Assembly: GCA_965223345.1 (NCBI GenBank)
Contig: CBDCWG010000012.1
Location: 463,629-527,628 of the forward strand
Direction of reading: 5' to 3'
From: Nitrospinales bacterium
GTDB lineage: Bacteria > Nitrospinota > Nitrospinia > Nitrospinales > VA-1
DNA length: 64,000 nt
In this document: one piece after another, positions 30,385 through 40,103 of the stretch
Numbering within the stretch: the stretch's first letter is position 1
Layout of the letters: each line of letters opens with the position of its first letter
Position numbers and translations under genes: made by a program
The notes under the pieces: generated by a model
What the model saw: only the letters and a program-made list of their open reading frames with translations
Told to the model about the DNA's origin: nothing
Database searches by the model: none

Positions 30385-33300
30385 TCAGGAGTAACCGGCG
30401 TCTTTGTGAAAGCAGACAGCGGCGGCGGTGGTGCTGGGCGGGTCGAATTCGTTCGATCCGGTCAGCGTGACGCCGATGTCCTCGGCCTTGAGGACTTCCC
30501 AAATGATTTTGTTGTTGATCAGATCGACGATGGCGGGATAGCCGGGGCTGTAGCGCTGCCCGTTTTTTTCTTTTTTGTAGCCCGCACGCTCGCGCAGCAG
30601 GCGGTGGATGTATTCGGCCAGATCCTCGGTGACCCGGTCGCAAAGCCCCTGCAGATACAAGGCGGATTCCGAGTCCTGCTCTTTTTTGAAATCGGCGATG
30701 ACCTTTTCCACCTCGGAGCCTGCGGTGGTGATCTGCAGGCCGATGGCGTCCATGCGGCCGGAGCTTTTGGGATAAAAATACTGCGCGACGGAGAACTTGT
30801 CCTTGCCGCCCTTGCCGATGCACACGGTGAAGTGCAGCCGGGCGATCTCTTTTTTCAAATCGTTGGGATCGAAGATCAGCACATCGTCGCCTTCCGACTG
30901 CGCCGGCAGCAGGGCGAACCGGGCCTTGGGCTGAATCCAGCCGTTCTTGCCGGCGGCCTCCATCCATTCTTTTTCAAGCGCTTTGAGCTGTTCGAGCGTC
31001 ACGCCCTTCTGTTTCCAGGACGACTTCTTGCCATACTTCCAGTTGAGCGAATACAGGCTCTTGGTGTCGATGTTGGGGCTCAGTTTGTTGAGCTTGAACT
31101 CGACCTTGTGCACGCCGAACCCGTCGCGGGGAACCTCATGATTTTTAAAGCTCACGTTGCGGCGCGACAGCTTTTCCAGCAGTTCGTCCTGCGCTTCCTG
31201 CATGCCCTTGGCGCGCTGGTACTCGCGGATCAGCCGCTCCCTGTTCGACTCGATGTACTGGGCGCGGGCACTTGCATCCTGCAGCGCGTTCATGGTGTTG
31301 ACCCCGTCCATGCCGCTCTCGCAGTAAAACACGTTGTCGAGAATCTTCCCGGTCTCGCCCTGTCCGTGCATGGCCACGTAGCCCGCGTGCCGGTGGTTGA
31401 CCGGCGCGCCGCCGATCAGGATGGGCAGGCTGCAGGCCCGTTCGGCCAGCATGCGCGCCACGGTGATCATGTGGTTGGAGGTCTGCACCAGAAGCGCGCT
31501 CATGCCGATGGCGTCGGCGTTTTCCTGTTTGGCGGTCTCGATGAAGCGTTCCAGCGGCACCTGCACGCCGAGATCGATGACGCGGTAGCCGTAGTTTTCC
31601 AGCAACGTTTTGGCGAGGTCCTTGCCGATGCTGTGCACGTCCTGATAGACCGTGCCGATGACCACCACGCCTTTGTATTCAATCACCGAGCCTTCGGTGA
31701 CGCCGCTCTGCACGCGCATGAGCCACTCCAGATACTCCATGACGCCGCGCATGACGTCGGCGCTTTTCAACAGATGCGGCAGGCTCACCTCGCCGCGGCC
31801 GAAGCCGTCGCCCAGCTCGCGCATGGCTTTCATCAGGTACTCGCTGATGAAATCGAGAGGCGCGTGCGTTTTCACCGCCTCGACCACATCGAGCACAATG
31901 CGGTCGCGGTACTGAAAACTCTGGCCTTCGACGTCGAGCGCACCCTGTTCCTTCTGCTTGTAGCCGTCCTTGATCTTCTGGCAGATCCGCTCTTCGAGTG
32001 TGAGTCCCTTATAATCGACCTTCTTCTGCACCGCGCCGGTCTTCTTGGTGACGGCGATCTGTTCCAGCTCCTCGAACGCTTCCATGTCGCGGTGCAGGAT
32101 GACTTTGCGCGCGAGATCCACGTCGTGCTGGGTCAGGCTTTCCAGCGGCACGTAGTGATTGGGGTTTAAAATGGCGCAGTCCAGCCCCACCTTGCGCGCC
32201 TCGTCGAGGAACACGCTGGTGAGCACCTTGCGCATGTAGGGTTTCTGCCCGAGGCCGTTGGTCAGGTTGCCCACGCCGATGGAGGTTTTGAGATCGGGAT
32301 GGATCGCCTTGATGCGCGGCAGGCAGCTCAGGGTTTCGGCGCAGAAGTTGAGCCCCTCCACCGATTCGCTGCCGATGGGGTAGGCGTTGACGTCGATCAA
32401 AAGCTGGTCCGGCCCGACGCCGCGCTCGCCCGCCAGCTTGACGATTTCCGCGGCGAGGTCGTATTTTTCTTGCGCCGTCTGCCCCGGCCCTTCGGGACCG
32501 TTCACCAGCGCGATGTAGACCGGGTTGTGTGCGGCCGTGCCGTCGAGCACCGCCTCGAGTTTGGAGACCCCTTCTTCGTATTCTTCCAGGCTGATGGAAT
32601 TGATGATAGGCCGGCCGGGATAGGTTTCGATCGCCCGGTTGAGCGCCTCGACGGAAAAACTGTCGATGCACATCACGCCTTTGAAATCGCTCGTCAGATC
32701 GTGGATCAGTTGAGGCAGCAGGGTTTCGGTTTCGACGATGTTGCTGTCCATGCACACGTCGATGATGTCGATGCCCAGATCCTGCACCTGCTCGGTGACC
32801 ACTTCCTCCAGCACCGGCAGCTGCACGTCCCCGGAAGACTCGACGGCGTCGCGCACTTTCTTGCTGCCGCGCACGTTGAGCCGTTCGCCGATGCGGATCA
32901 GGCTTTCGGCCCCGTCCAGAGCCACGGCGTTCTGCGGGCCGGAAACGTAGCACTGCGGTTCGATTTCATTCTTCCTGCGCTCGACAATCTGGATGCGCTC
33001 TTTGAGCGCCCGGATGTGCGCCGGGGTGGTGCCACAGCAGCCGCCGACGATGGACACGCCGTGTTGCTCGACAAATTCGGCGACCGCCTCGGCCATCTTG
33101 CCGGGTTCGAGCTGGTAGCAGGTCTTGCCGTCCACGGACACCGGCTGGCCGGCGTTGGGCACGACGGAGATGGGAAGCGCCGCAAACCGGCTCATCTTCT
33201 GCACGGCCTGGGTCATCAATTCGGGGCCGACGTTGCAGTTGATGCCGAACACGTCGATCCCCATGCCCGCGACCGCCGTGTGGGCGGCGTGGATGTCGGT

Positions 33301-33999
33301 GTTGAAAATCTGCATCTTGGCGTGCTGGTCCACCGTCACCTGCACCATGATGGGAAGCGCGGCGTTCTTTTCCTTCAGCGCCCGCTTGGCCCCGAGGATC
33401 GCGGCTTTGGTTTCGAGGATGTCCTGCTGCGTCTCGAACAACAACACGTCCACACCGCCGTCGATCAACCCGAGGACCTGAAGATAAAAATTTTCCTCGA
33501 TCTGCCGGAACGTGGCCTTGCTCAGATTGGCCTGGGTGCTGGACACGACGTAGTTGGACGGACCGATGGACCCCGCCACGAACAGAGCGCGGCCGTCGTA
33601 CTCGGGACTGTTCTTGTAGCGCTCCACCGCATCTCTGGCGATTTGGCCGCCGAGGCAGTTGAGCTGCTGCGTGATCGCCTTGAGATCGCAGGCGGAAAGG
33701 TCGAGTCCTTCCGGCAGCGCCTGGATATCGTCGGTGTCGATGCGGGAAAAATCGAATTCCTTGAGACGCAGCGGCGACGCGCCGAACGTGTTGGTCTCGA
33801 TGATGTCCGCGCCGGCCTCGAGATATTTCAAATGAATGCCTTCCAGATCTTTGGGACGGGAAAACACCAGAAGATCGGTCAGCATCTTGAACTCTTCGCC
33901 GCCGAACGCGGCGTCGGTGAGTTCCAGGTTCTGCACCATGGTTCCCATGGCGCCGTCCATGACCAGAACTTTCTTTTCTAATTCACTGGCAAACGTCAT
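30385..33999 (-). CDS. metH: cobalamin-dependent methionine synthase
   Basis: 1204 aa. Contains the Hcy-binding, pterin-binding, B12-cap and B12-binding (DVHSIGKD = DxHxxG) domains and the AdoMet-activation domain. Confidence 0.96.
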   Translation of the reverse strand: MTFASELEKKVLVMDGAMGTMVQNLELTDAAFGGEEFKMLTDLLVFSRPKDLEGIHLKYLEAGADIIETNTFGASPLRLKEFDFSRIDTDDIQALPEGLDLSACDLKAITQQLNCLGGQIARDAVERYKNSPEYDGRALFVAGSIGPSNYVVSSTQANLSKATFRQIEENFYLQVLGLIDGGVDVLLFETQQDILETKAAILGAKRALKEKNAALPIMVQVTVDQHAKMQIFNTDIHAAHTAVAGMGIDVFGINCNVGPELMTQAVQKMSRFAALPISVVPNAGQPVSVDGKTCYQLEPGKMAEAVAEFVEQHGVSIVGGCCGTTPAHIRALKERIQIVERRKNEIEPQCYVSGPQNAVALDGAESLIRIGERLNVRGSKKVRDAVESSGDVQLPVLEEVVTEQVQDLGIDIIDVCMDSNIVETETLLPQLIHDLTSDFKGVMCIDSFSVEALNRAIETYPGRPIINSISLEEYEEGVSKLEAVLDGTAAHNPVYIALVNGPEGPGQTAQEKYDLAAEIVKLAGERGVGPDQLLIDVNAYPIGSESVEGLNFCAETLSCLPRIKAIHPDLKTSIGVGNLTNGLGQKPYMRKVLTSVFLDEARKVGLDCAILNPNHYVPLESLTQHDVDLARKVILHRDMEAFEELEQIAVTKKTGAVQKKVDYKGLTLEERICQKIKDGYKQKEQGALDVEGQSFQYRDRIVLDVVEAVKTHAPLDFISEYLMKAMRELGDGFGRGEVSLPHLLKSADVMRGVMEYLEWLMRVQSGVTEGSVIEYKGVVVIGTVYQDVHSIGKDLAKTLLENYGYRVIDLGVQVPLERFIETAKQENADAIGMSALLVQTSNHMITVARMLAERACSLPILIGGAPVNHRHAGYVAMHGQGETGKILDNVFYCESGMDGVNTMNALQDASARAQYIESNRERLIREYQRAKGMQEAQDELLEKLSRRNVSFKNHEVPRDGFGVHKVEFKLNKLSPNIDTKSLYSLNWKYGKKSSWKQKGVTLEQLKALEKEWMEAAGKNGWIQPKARFALLPAQSEGDDVLIFDPNDLKKEIARLHFTVCIGKGGKDKFSVAQYFYPKSSGRMDAIGLQITTAGSEVEKVIADFKKEQDSESALYLQGLCDRVTEDLAEYIHRLLRERAGYKKEKNGQRYSPGYPAIVDLINNKIIWEVLKAEDIGVTLTGSNEFDPPSTTAAAVCFHKDAGYS

Positions 34000-34262
34000 G
34001 ATTCTCCGCGAAAAAAATACCCGGGCTGTTCCTGCAGCTGTTTTAGGGGCTCGGTGTTATCGGGGGTGGGAAATCGAATCCGGCTTTAAGAAATAAAGCT
34101 ATTTTGAAGCAATTGCAAAAAAATTGCACACGCAAATTGCTGCCCTCCGCACAAGCACGCCCCGCAAGGCTTGCAGCGCCCCCTTCGAAGCATTGAGAAC
34201 GATGCCTGGATTATAGCATTGTCGCCGCTGTGCCCGGCCGTTTTCACCACGAAGGGGGCGTT

Positions 34263-36659
34263 TTAAACTTCGTCACTCCCGGTTGCGGACCCGGGACGCT
34301 GCGGCAGGGTGAGAATGAAGGTGGAACCGAGGCCCGGCCGGCTTTCCGCGGTGAGGGCGCCGCCGTGGCGTTCCACGATTTTGCGGCAGATGGACAGCCC
34401 CATGCCCGAGCCTTCGTACTCGCTGCGGCCGTGCAGGCGTTCGAAGGGCTCGAAGATGCGTTCCAGTTGATCGGGTTCAAACCCGATGCCGTTGTCCTGC
34501 ACGCGGATCTCATGATGCCCGGACGCCAGCGGACGGTGGCGGATCGTCACCTCCGGCGGTTCTCCCGGCTTGTGAAATTTCAGCGCGTTGGAAATCAGAT
34601 TCTGAAACAACTGGTGCATCTGCATGCGGTCCGCTTCGAGTTCGGGCAGCGGGTCCACCTGCACCCTGCCCTGGGTCTGGGTGAGCAGGGTCTCCAGCAT
34701 GGCCAGGGTTCCCTCGACCACTTCGCTCAAACGGATCTTCTGAAACAACGCGGTGCCCTTGATGGAGACCCGCGAATACTGCAACAGGTCCTCGATGAGC
34801 CCCTGCATCCGGTGCACAGCGCGCTCCATGCGGTCGAGGTAGTCCTGTCCTTTCACACCGAGATTTTCGGAACAGTCCTTGCGCAGACGGTCGGAAAACG
34901 CCGTGACTTTGCGCAGCGGTTCCTGAAGATCGTGCGAGGCGGTGGCGGCGAAGTTCCGCAGCTCCCGGTTGCTGCGTTCCAGCTCCTGGGTGTAGGAGCG
35001 CGAGGGCTCGCGCGCCCCGCGGCTTTCCTGGATCTCCTGACGCAAGCGCTCGTTGATGCGCAGCAACTCGCGGGTGCGGTCGCGCACGCGCTGTTCCAGA
35101 TCCGCCTCGCCGGCTTGCGGTTGCGGGGTTTCCCGCCGTTGCGGTTGCGCTTCGACCGCCGGGATTTGCGTTTCCACGCCCCGGTATCCGAGAAACGCCC
35201 CCGCTTCGCCCCAGATCGGCGACGCCTGCGATTTCAGATACACACGGGTTCCTTCCTTGTGCACGTAGGGAAACAGCACGCCTTCGATTTTCCCCCTTTT
35301 GGCGAACACGTTGAACGCGGTGGTCTTCGCTTCTTCACGGCAGGCCGGATCGAACAGGTCGAAAAAGAATTTTTTCCCCACCAGATCCCCGGGCGCGTGC
35401 CCCAAGAAGTCCTGCACGGCGTCGCTGCAATACGTGAACGTTCCCTGCGCATCGACCTCCCAGATCCACACAGCTTCCACCGGCTGGGCGCTGTGCGATT
35501 CGCTCTTCTTCAGAGCCGCGGCGGTGCGCTTGAGATCTTCCTCCACCGTTTTGAGCCGTTGCTCGCGCAGCGAGGCTTCTTTCTCGATCCGCTGCTTCAC
35601 CGCTTCCAGGCTTGAGATGCGCTCTTCCTGCTGCCGGTGCGCCGATTGCAGCGATTCGCGTTCCTGCCGCAGGCGGTCGAGGAACGACCCGCTCTCCAGC
35701 AGGTCGGCTTCCAGCTTGAGCCACAGTTTCTCCATCTGCACCAGTTTGTCTTCCTTATCTTTGAGTGCGCGCCCGGCCTGAAGCAGAGCGTCGTTGAGGC
35801 GGGACAATTCTTTATCATGATCCGCCTGCAAGCGTTCGAGCTTGAGCCGTTCGTTGTCCGACTGCTCGAGCTGGGTGCCGGCGGCCAGCAGATCGCGCTC
35901 GGCCTGTTGCAGGTTCTTTTTCACGAGGCGCAACTGTTCCTCTTTTTTCCACACATCGTCGCGCAACCGGTCGCGCTCTTCCTTTGTCCGCGCCTGTTCG
36001 GCCTGCGCTTCTTCCCGTTCCGCAGACACGCGCGCCTGTTCGGCCTCCGCTTCGCTGCGCTTTTGTTTCTCCTGTTCCAGTTTTTCTTCCAGCGCGTGCT
36101 TTTCTTCCTGCGATTGCGCCAGCACGTTCTCTTTGATCAGCAGGTCGGCGCTCAATGTGCGGCAGTCTTCCTGCACGCGTTCGAGCGATCGGCGTTTTTC
36201 CAGCAGGCTTTCTTCTATCTGTTTTTTTTCGTGGTCGAGCCGGTGGATGTGGACGTTCTGCGTATTCAGGGCCTGTTCGAATTCCTCGCGTTTCTCGCGG
36301 GCTTTTTTCTGCATCAGGCCCGCAACGGCTGTGAGCCAGATGACGAAAACAGCGGCGCCGCGATTGGAAATTTCCTGCACGAATTCTGTGGGCGGGAACA
36401 GCAGGTAAAAACCCAGACCGGTCAGCAGGGTGCCGCCGACGGCGGCAGTGAGGATGTAGGCGCGGCCGGGCCACGCCACGCCGATGAGCACCACCAGCGC
36501 GTAGCCGACGCAAACGGCGATGCCGCCCCCCAGCCAGAGGTCGAGCCCGAACACATCGGCGGCGATGAACAGGCCACCGAGGATGAGCAGGGGATCCCCG
36601 CCTTGATTTTTCTGGACGTCCGCCGTCATCGCAATGCCCCAGGGTGTTGAGATTCCCAT
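34263..36659 (-). CDS. sensor histidine kinase (multi-TM N-terminus, ~270-aa coiled coil, PAS, HisKA, HATPase_c)
   Basis: 798 aa. The N-terminal 115 aa are hydrophobic. Residues ~118-386 are heptad-like and E/K/R/Q/L-rich. The H-box is AATASHDLQEPLRK. The G-box is GSGMGLSICRKI. Confidence 0.9.
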   Translation of the reverse strand: MGISTPWGIAMTADVQKNQGGDPLLILGGLFIAADVFGLDLWLGGGIAVCVGYALVVLIGVAWPGRAYILTAAVGGTLLTGLGFYLLFPPTEFVQEISNRGAAVFVIWLTAVAGLMQKKAREKREEFEQALNTQNVHIHRLDHEKKQIEESLLEKRRSLERVQEDCRTLSADLLIKENVLAQSQEEKHALEEKLEQEKQKRSEAEAEQARVSAEREEAQAEQARTKEERDRLRDDVWKKEEQLRLVKKNLQQAERDLLAAGTQLEQSDNERLKLERLQADHDKELSRLNDALLQAGRALKDKEDKLVQMEKLWLKLEADLLESGSFLDRLRQERESLQSAHRQQEERISSLEAVKQRIEKEASLREQRLKTVEEDLKRTAAALKKSESHSAQPVEAVWIWEVDAQGTFTYCSDAVQDFLGHAPGDLVGKKFFFDLFDPACREEAKTTAFNVFAKRGKIEGVLFPYVHKEGTRVYLKSQASPIWGEAGAFLGYRGVETQIPAVEAQPQRRETPQPQAGEADLEQRVRDRTRELLRINERLRQEIQESRGAREPSRSYTQELERSNRELRNFAATASHDLQEPLRKVTAFSDRLRKDCSENLGVKGQDYLDRMERAVHRMQGLIEDLLQYSRVSIKGTALFQKIRLSEVVEGTLAMLETLLTQTQGRVQVDPLPELEADRMQMHQLFQNLISNALKFHKPGEPPEVTIRHRPLASGHHEIRVQDNGIGFEPDQLERIFEPFERLHGRSEYEGSGMGLSICRKIVERHGGALTAESRPGLGSTFILTLPQRPGSATGSDEV

Positions 36660-36769
36660 AAGTTACAGACATACCTACCTGTTTTCAACGGCATAATGTA
36701 TACTCAAGGCTTCATCCCTACAGGTTGTTTCTGAAGTCGCCCGTTTCTTTTTCAGGAGTTCGGAATGCC

Positions 36770-37933
36770 ATGAAAAAAACCCGTGTTAGCGCCCACTTCA
36801 CCCACACGCAACGCAATCTGACCGGCTGGTTCTGTTTGATTTTTTTTCTGGCCGCCGTCACGAACGCCAACTGCTCGGGCCTGAATCCTCCCGACATCTC
36901 CCGTCTGAACCTCACGATTCCGGCGGGCGTTTCGTTGACTCTGTTCGCCAACAACGTCCCGGCGGCGCGCCACATGGCGTTCGACGACCAGGGCATCCTG
37001 TTTCTCAGCCAGCACCGTGCCGGCAAGGTGGTGGCGCTGCCCGATAAAGACAAGGACGGACGCTCCGACCAAGCCGTGGAAATTCTGGTCAACCGCAAGA
37101 CTCCGCACGGTCTCGCTTTCGTTCAACTCGACTCGGGCTATTACCTTTATGTGGCCGAGGAGCACCAGGTCGTGCGCCTGAAGCGCACCGGCAAACCCTA
37201 CAGCTACGGCAAGCCGAAAGTGATCGTATCCGGCATCCCCGAAGGCGGCCATTCCACCCGCACCATCAAAATCAAAGACGGCAAGCTCTACCTTTCGGTG
37301 GGATCGTCCTGCAATGTCTGCCTGGAGAAACACCGGTACCGGTCGGCCATCATCCGCTTCGACCTGGACGGGTCGAACGAAGAGATCTTCGCGGAGGGCC
37401 TGCGCAATTCGGTGGGCATCGAGTTTTCCCCCTACAGCGGCGAGCTCTGGGGCGTGAACAACGGGCGCGACCGGCTGGGCGACGACACGCCGCGCGAGGA
37501 ACTCAACATCATCCGTCAGGGCAAGCACTACGGCTGGCCCTACTGCTACGAGGACCGCGTGTTCGACACGGATTTCAACAAACCGTTCGACTGCGCGAAA
37601 ACCGTGCCGCCCGCCCACACTTTCACCGCGCACATGGCGCCTTTGGGGCTGGTGTTTTACCAGAACGGAAGCCTGCCGGAAAAATACAACAACAGCGTGT
37701 TCGTTTCCTTCCACGGTTCGTGGAACCGCTCGGTGCCGGCGGGTTACAAGGTGATGCGTGTGATCCTCAACGAAAAGGGCGAGATCGTCTCCGACGAGGA
37801 CTTCATCACGGGCTGGCTGAAAGAGGGCGGCAAGCGCGACGGACGGCCGGTGGATATGGAACAGTCGCCGGAAGGGGACCTCTACCTGTCCGACGACACG
37901 CTGGGGGTGGTCTACAAAATCTCCGGCCGCTGA
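36770..37933 (+). CDS. PQQ-dependent sugar (glucose/sorbosone) dehydrogenase-family beta-propeller protein
   Basis: Signal peptide, followed by GLRNSVGIEFSPYSGELWGVNNGRDRLGDDTPREELNIIRQGKHYGWPYCY. ATG 36770 has AGGAG upstream. Confidence 0.85.
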   Translation: MKKTRVSAHFTHTQRNLTGWFCLIFFLAAVTNANCSGLNPPDISRLNLTIPAGVSLTLFANNVPAARHMAFDDQGILFLSQHRAGKVVALPDKDKDGRSDQAVEILVNRKTPHGLAFVQLDSGYYLYVAEEHQVVRLKRTGKPYSYGKPKVIVSGIPEGGHSTRTIKIKDGKLYLSVGSSCNVCLEKHRYRSAIIRFDLDGSNEEIFAEGLRNSVGIEFSPYSGELWGVNNGRDRLGDDTPREELNIIRQGKHYGWPYCYEDRVFDTDFNKPFDCAKTVPPAHTFTAHMAPLGLVFYQNGSLPEKYNNSVFVSFHGSWNRSVPAGYKVMRVILNEKGEIVSDEDFITGWLKEGGKRDGRPVDMEQSPEGDLYLSDDTLGVVYKISGR

Positions 37934-37939
37934 GCGGAT

Positions 37940-38827
37940 TTATGTGAGGTTTTTTTCGGGTTCTTTTTTCTGACTGAACAGCGGCTTGCGGTCCTTGGCG
38001 CAGCGGAATCCCACGTCCTTTTTCCTGGAAAAGGGATGCAGTTTTTCGCGAAAGCTGGCGCGCGCTTTCAGGGCGAGGACTCTCTTGTACTCCTTGCCCT
38101 TGAAATGCCCGACGCTCAGGTAGGAGAGGCCGCGCACCACGATGAAATTTTTATCGTATTCCTCTGAGTGGTAGGTGCTGCCCTCGTAGGGGCGGTAATA
38201 ATCCCACACCCATTCCCAGACGTTTCCGATCATGTCGTGCACCCCGAACGGGCTTTGTCCCTGCGGGTAGCTGCCGACGGGCTTGAGCCCGTGACCGGTT
38301 TTTTTTCTGGCGGACGGGCTGAGGTTCGCCGCATCGGGATCGAAATCGTTTCCCCAGGGAAAGTAATTGCCCAGCGGACCGCGGGCGGCTTTTTCCCATT
38401 CCTCTTCGGTGGGCAGCCGCTTTCCCGCCCATTGGGCGTAGTAGCTGGCGTCGAAGTAGCTCACGTAGGACACAGGCCAGTCGCCCTGCCCCTCCGGATA
38501 TTTGGGGCTGCCCCAGATGGCGGGCGTGCGGTGGCCGGTCGCCTGACAAAAGATGTAGTACTGGCGGTTGGTCACTTCGTACTGGTCGATGAAATACGCA
38601 CGCGTGGGCACCCGGCGCTCGGGGGTTTCGTCGATGAACCAGGGTTTGGCGAGCCCCACGCTCAGCGCGTGCTGTTTTTTATCGACGGCGTCGGTGCCCA
38701 TGGTGAATTCCCCTGCGGGAATGAGCACCATGCCTTCGGGCGTGGGTTCGAACAGGCAACCGCCGCACAATCCCAGCGCCGCAAGCAGGGCGAGACACTT
38801 CCATTTGAAATGAGAATGCAAAACCAT
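37940..38827 (-). CDS. formylglycine-generating-enzyme (FGE/SUMF1)-family protein, secreted or lipoprotein
   Basis: MVLIPAGEFTMGTD..., QYEVTNRQY, RLPTEEEWEKAARG and MIGNVWEWVWD motifs. I truncated the start to Met95 of the track ORF (comp 38825-38827), which gives the signal peptide MVLHSHFKWKCLALLAALGLCGGC. Confidence 0.85.
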   Translation of the reverse strand: MVLHSHFKWKCLALLAALGLCGGCLFEPTPEGMVLIPAGEFTMGTDAVDKKQHALSVGLAKPWFIDETPERRVPTRAYFIDQYEVTNRQYYIFCQATGHRTPAIWGSPKYPEGQGDWPVSYVSYFDASYYAQWAGKRLPTEEEWEKAARGPLGNYFPWGNDFDPDAANLSPSARKKTGHGLKPVGSYPQGQSPFGVHDMIGNVWEWVWDYYRPYEGSTYHSEEYDKNFIVVRGLSYLSVGHFKGKEYKRVLALKARASFREKLHPFSRKKDVGFRCAKDRKPLFSQKKEPEKNLT

Positions 38828-39812
38828 GATCGAATCGTACCCGAACCAGTTTGTTTCTGTGCCTCTGGATTCCATCGACTCAGAGGACACTCTCACCGAC
38901 TTTTCCCTGTCTGCCGCTCCCGCCGCGCTTGAGCAATCGATCCGCTCAAGCGGTGTGGTGCACCCGGTCGTCCTCATGGCGAGCGACGGCCGACACCGCA
39001 TCGTCTGCGGCCACCGCCGCGTCCGCATCGCGCAGGCGCTGGGCCGGGACTCCATCGCCGCCCGGCTCATCGAGACGCCGCTGAAGGACAGCGAGCGGCT
39101 TTTGCTCAATCTCTCGGAAAACCGCGGTCACCGCGTGTTCAGCGATGTGGAAAAGGGCCTGCTGCTCGCGAAGCTGTTGCAGGCGGACCTGACCGAAGCC
39201 GCGATCATCGATGAGTATATGCCCTGGATCGGATTGGAGCGAAGCAAAAAATGGCTGCAACGGCTTGTTCGGGTGAGGGAACTGACGCCCGCGCTGCAGC
39301 GGTTGCTGCACGAGCTCAACGTCCCGGTCCGGGTGTTCGACCCGCTGCTGCGCTGGAGCGAGGCGGACCGGCTTGCGACGTTTCCGGTGTTTGCGGCGCT
39401 GCGGCCGGGCGTGAACAAATGGCGCGATCTTCTGGAACTGGTGGACGAAATCGCGGTGAAATCGAACCGCTCCCCGGCGGCGGTGCTGAACGAAACGGAG
39501 GTGCGGAGCATTCTGGACGGGGATACGGCGGCGCCGGAAAAATACGCGCTCCTCACGCAGGCGCTGTCCGCAAAGCGATACCCGCACTGGACGGCCCTGC
39601 GCAAACAGGCGGCCCAGGCGATGGACCGGCTCCAACTGGAACCGGAAACCAAAATCCGCGTGCAGGATTCGTTCGAGTCGAACGAGATGCGCATCGAACT
39701 GAAGTTCTATGACAGCAAATCGCTGGTGCGGCAGGTGGAGGCGCTGGACCGGGCGGCCCGGTCCGAGGCGATGGCAACGCTGATCGGGATGTTCAGGAAT
39801 CTGGATGGGTGA
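38826..39812 (+). CDS. ParB/Srx-fold N-terminal domain protein (stand-alone ParB-like)
   Basis: VSVPLDSI...LEQSIRSSGVVHPVVLMASDGRHRIVCGHRRVRIAQALG resembles the ParB N-terminal domain with its GxRR box. The remaining ~230 aa are helical with no family I can name. Confidence 0.6.
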   Translation: MIESYPNQFVSVPLDSIDSEDTLTDFSLSAAPAALEQSIRSSGVVHPVVLMASDGRHRIVCGHRRVRIAQALGRDSIAARLIETPLKDSERLLLNLSENRGHRVFSDVEKGLLLAKLLQADLTEAAIIDEYMPWIGLERSKKWLQRLVRVRELTPALQRLLHELNVPVRVFDPLLRWSEADRLATFPVFAALRPGVNKWRDLLELVDEIAVKSNRSPAAVLNETEVRSILDGDTAAPEKYALLTQALSAKRYPHWTALRKQAAQAMDRLQLEPETKIRVQDSFESNEMRIELKFYDSKSLVRQVEALDRAARSEAMATLIGMFRNLDG

Positions 39813-40013
39813 AAGCGAAAATACGAGACAGGATGAACAGGATAAAAGCAGGGATAAAATCAGAAAAACCTTTGCCTCGCGCAAAGGCGCCAAGCCGCAA
39901 AGCCCCCCTCACCCAAGCCACCCCCAATAATAATAAGCGGGTGGCAGAACAAGTTCTGCACTTCCTCATTAAACTAATTTCAAGGAAGGTCGCCAAGCTA
40001 TGCTCGACGCAAT

Positions 40014-40040
40014 CCTCTCCCCCCTCATAGGGGGGAGAGG
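40014..40040. repeat. perfect 11-bp-stem polypyrimidine/polypurine hairpin
   Basis: CCTCTCCCCCC-TCATA-GGGGGGAGAGG. Confidence 0.8.
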
Positions 40041-40103
40041 AAGATAGTTAGAAAATCATAATGGGTGAAATAAAGGATAAAGTCGTGAGTTAAAGGACGC
40101 TCC

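Noticed and set aside
30406-33981. Two long plus-strand ORFs (587 and 560 aa) inside metH. Similar long antisense ORFs lie opposite glnE, glnA, lpxB/lpxI, lpxA/fabZ/skp, clpC, both PAS kinases, the cupin-MTase, the SNF transporter, gdh and the GGDEF gene.
   Set aside because: In every case the opposite strand encodes a protein with strong, colinear family motifs. The antisense products have no motifs and show extreme Arg/Gly/Ala/His bias.
34000-34262. Cobalamin, SAM or SAH riboswitch upstream of metH
   Set aside because: I read the minus-strand leader and saw no B12 box (GCCACTG-like) and no SAM/SAH core helices or conserved junction motifs. Only promoter-like AT-rich sequence and the AATTGC repeats are present. 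An Rfam scan would settle this.
38828-39109. 94-codon N-terminal extension of the FGE-like ORF
   Set aside because: The extension overlaps the ParB-like gene on the other strand, has Ser/Arg/Ala-rich junk composition, and precedes a perfectly good signal peptide that starts at Met95.
38826-39812. ParB-like gene as a chromosome or plasmid partition locus
   Set aside because: There is no parA/Walker ATPase neighbour. I found no TGTTTCACGTGAAACA-type parS anywhere in the window. The C-terminal two-thirds do not look like ParB HTH or dimerisation domains. I kept it only as a ParB/Srx-fold domain protein.
39809-40030. 73-aa plus-strand ORF (MKAKIRDRMNRIKAGIK...) in the ParB-TPR spacer
   Set aside because: It runs through the REP/MITE-like repeats and hairpins, has no ribosome-binding site, and has a low-complexity basic composition. 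It is more likely non-coding.
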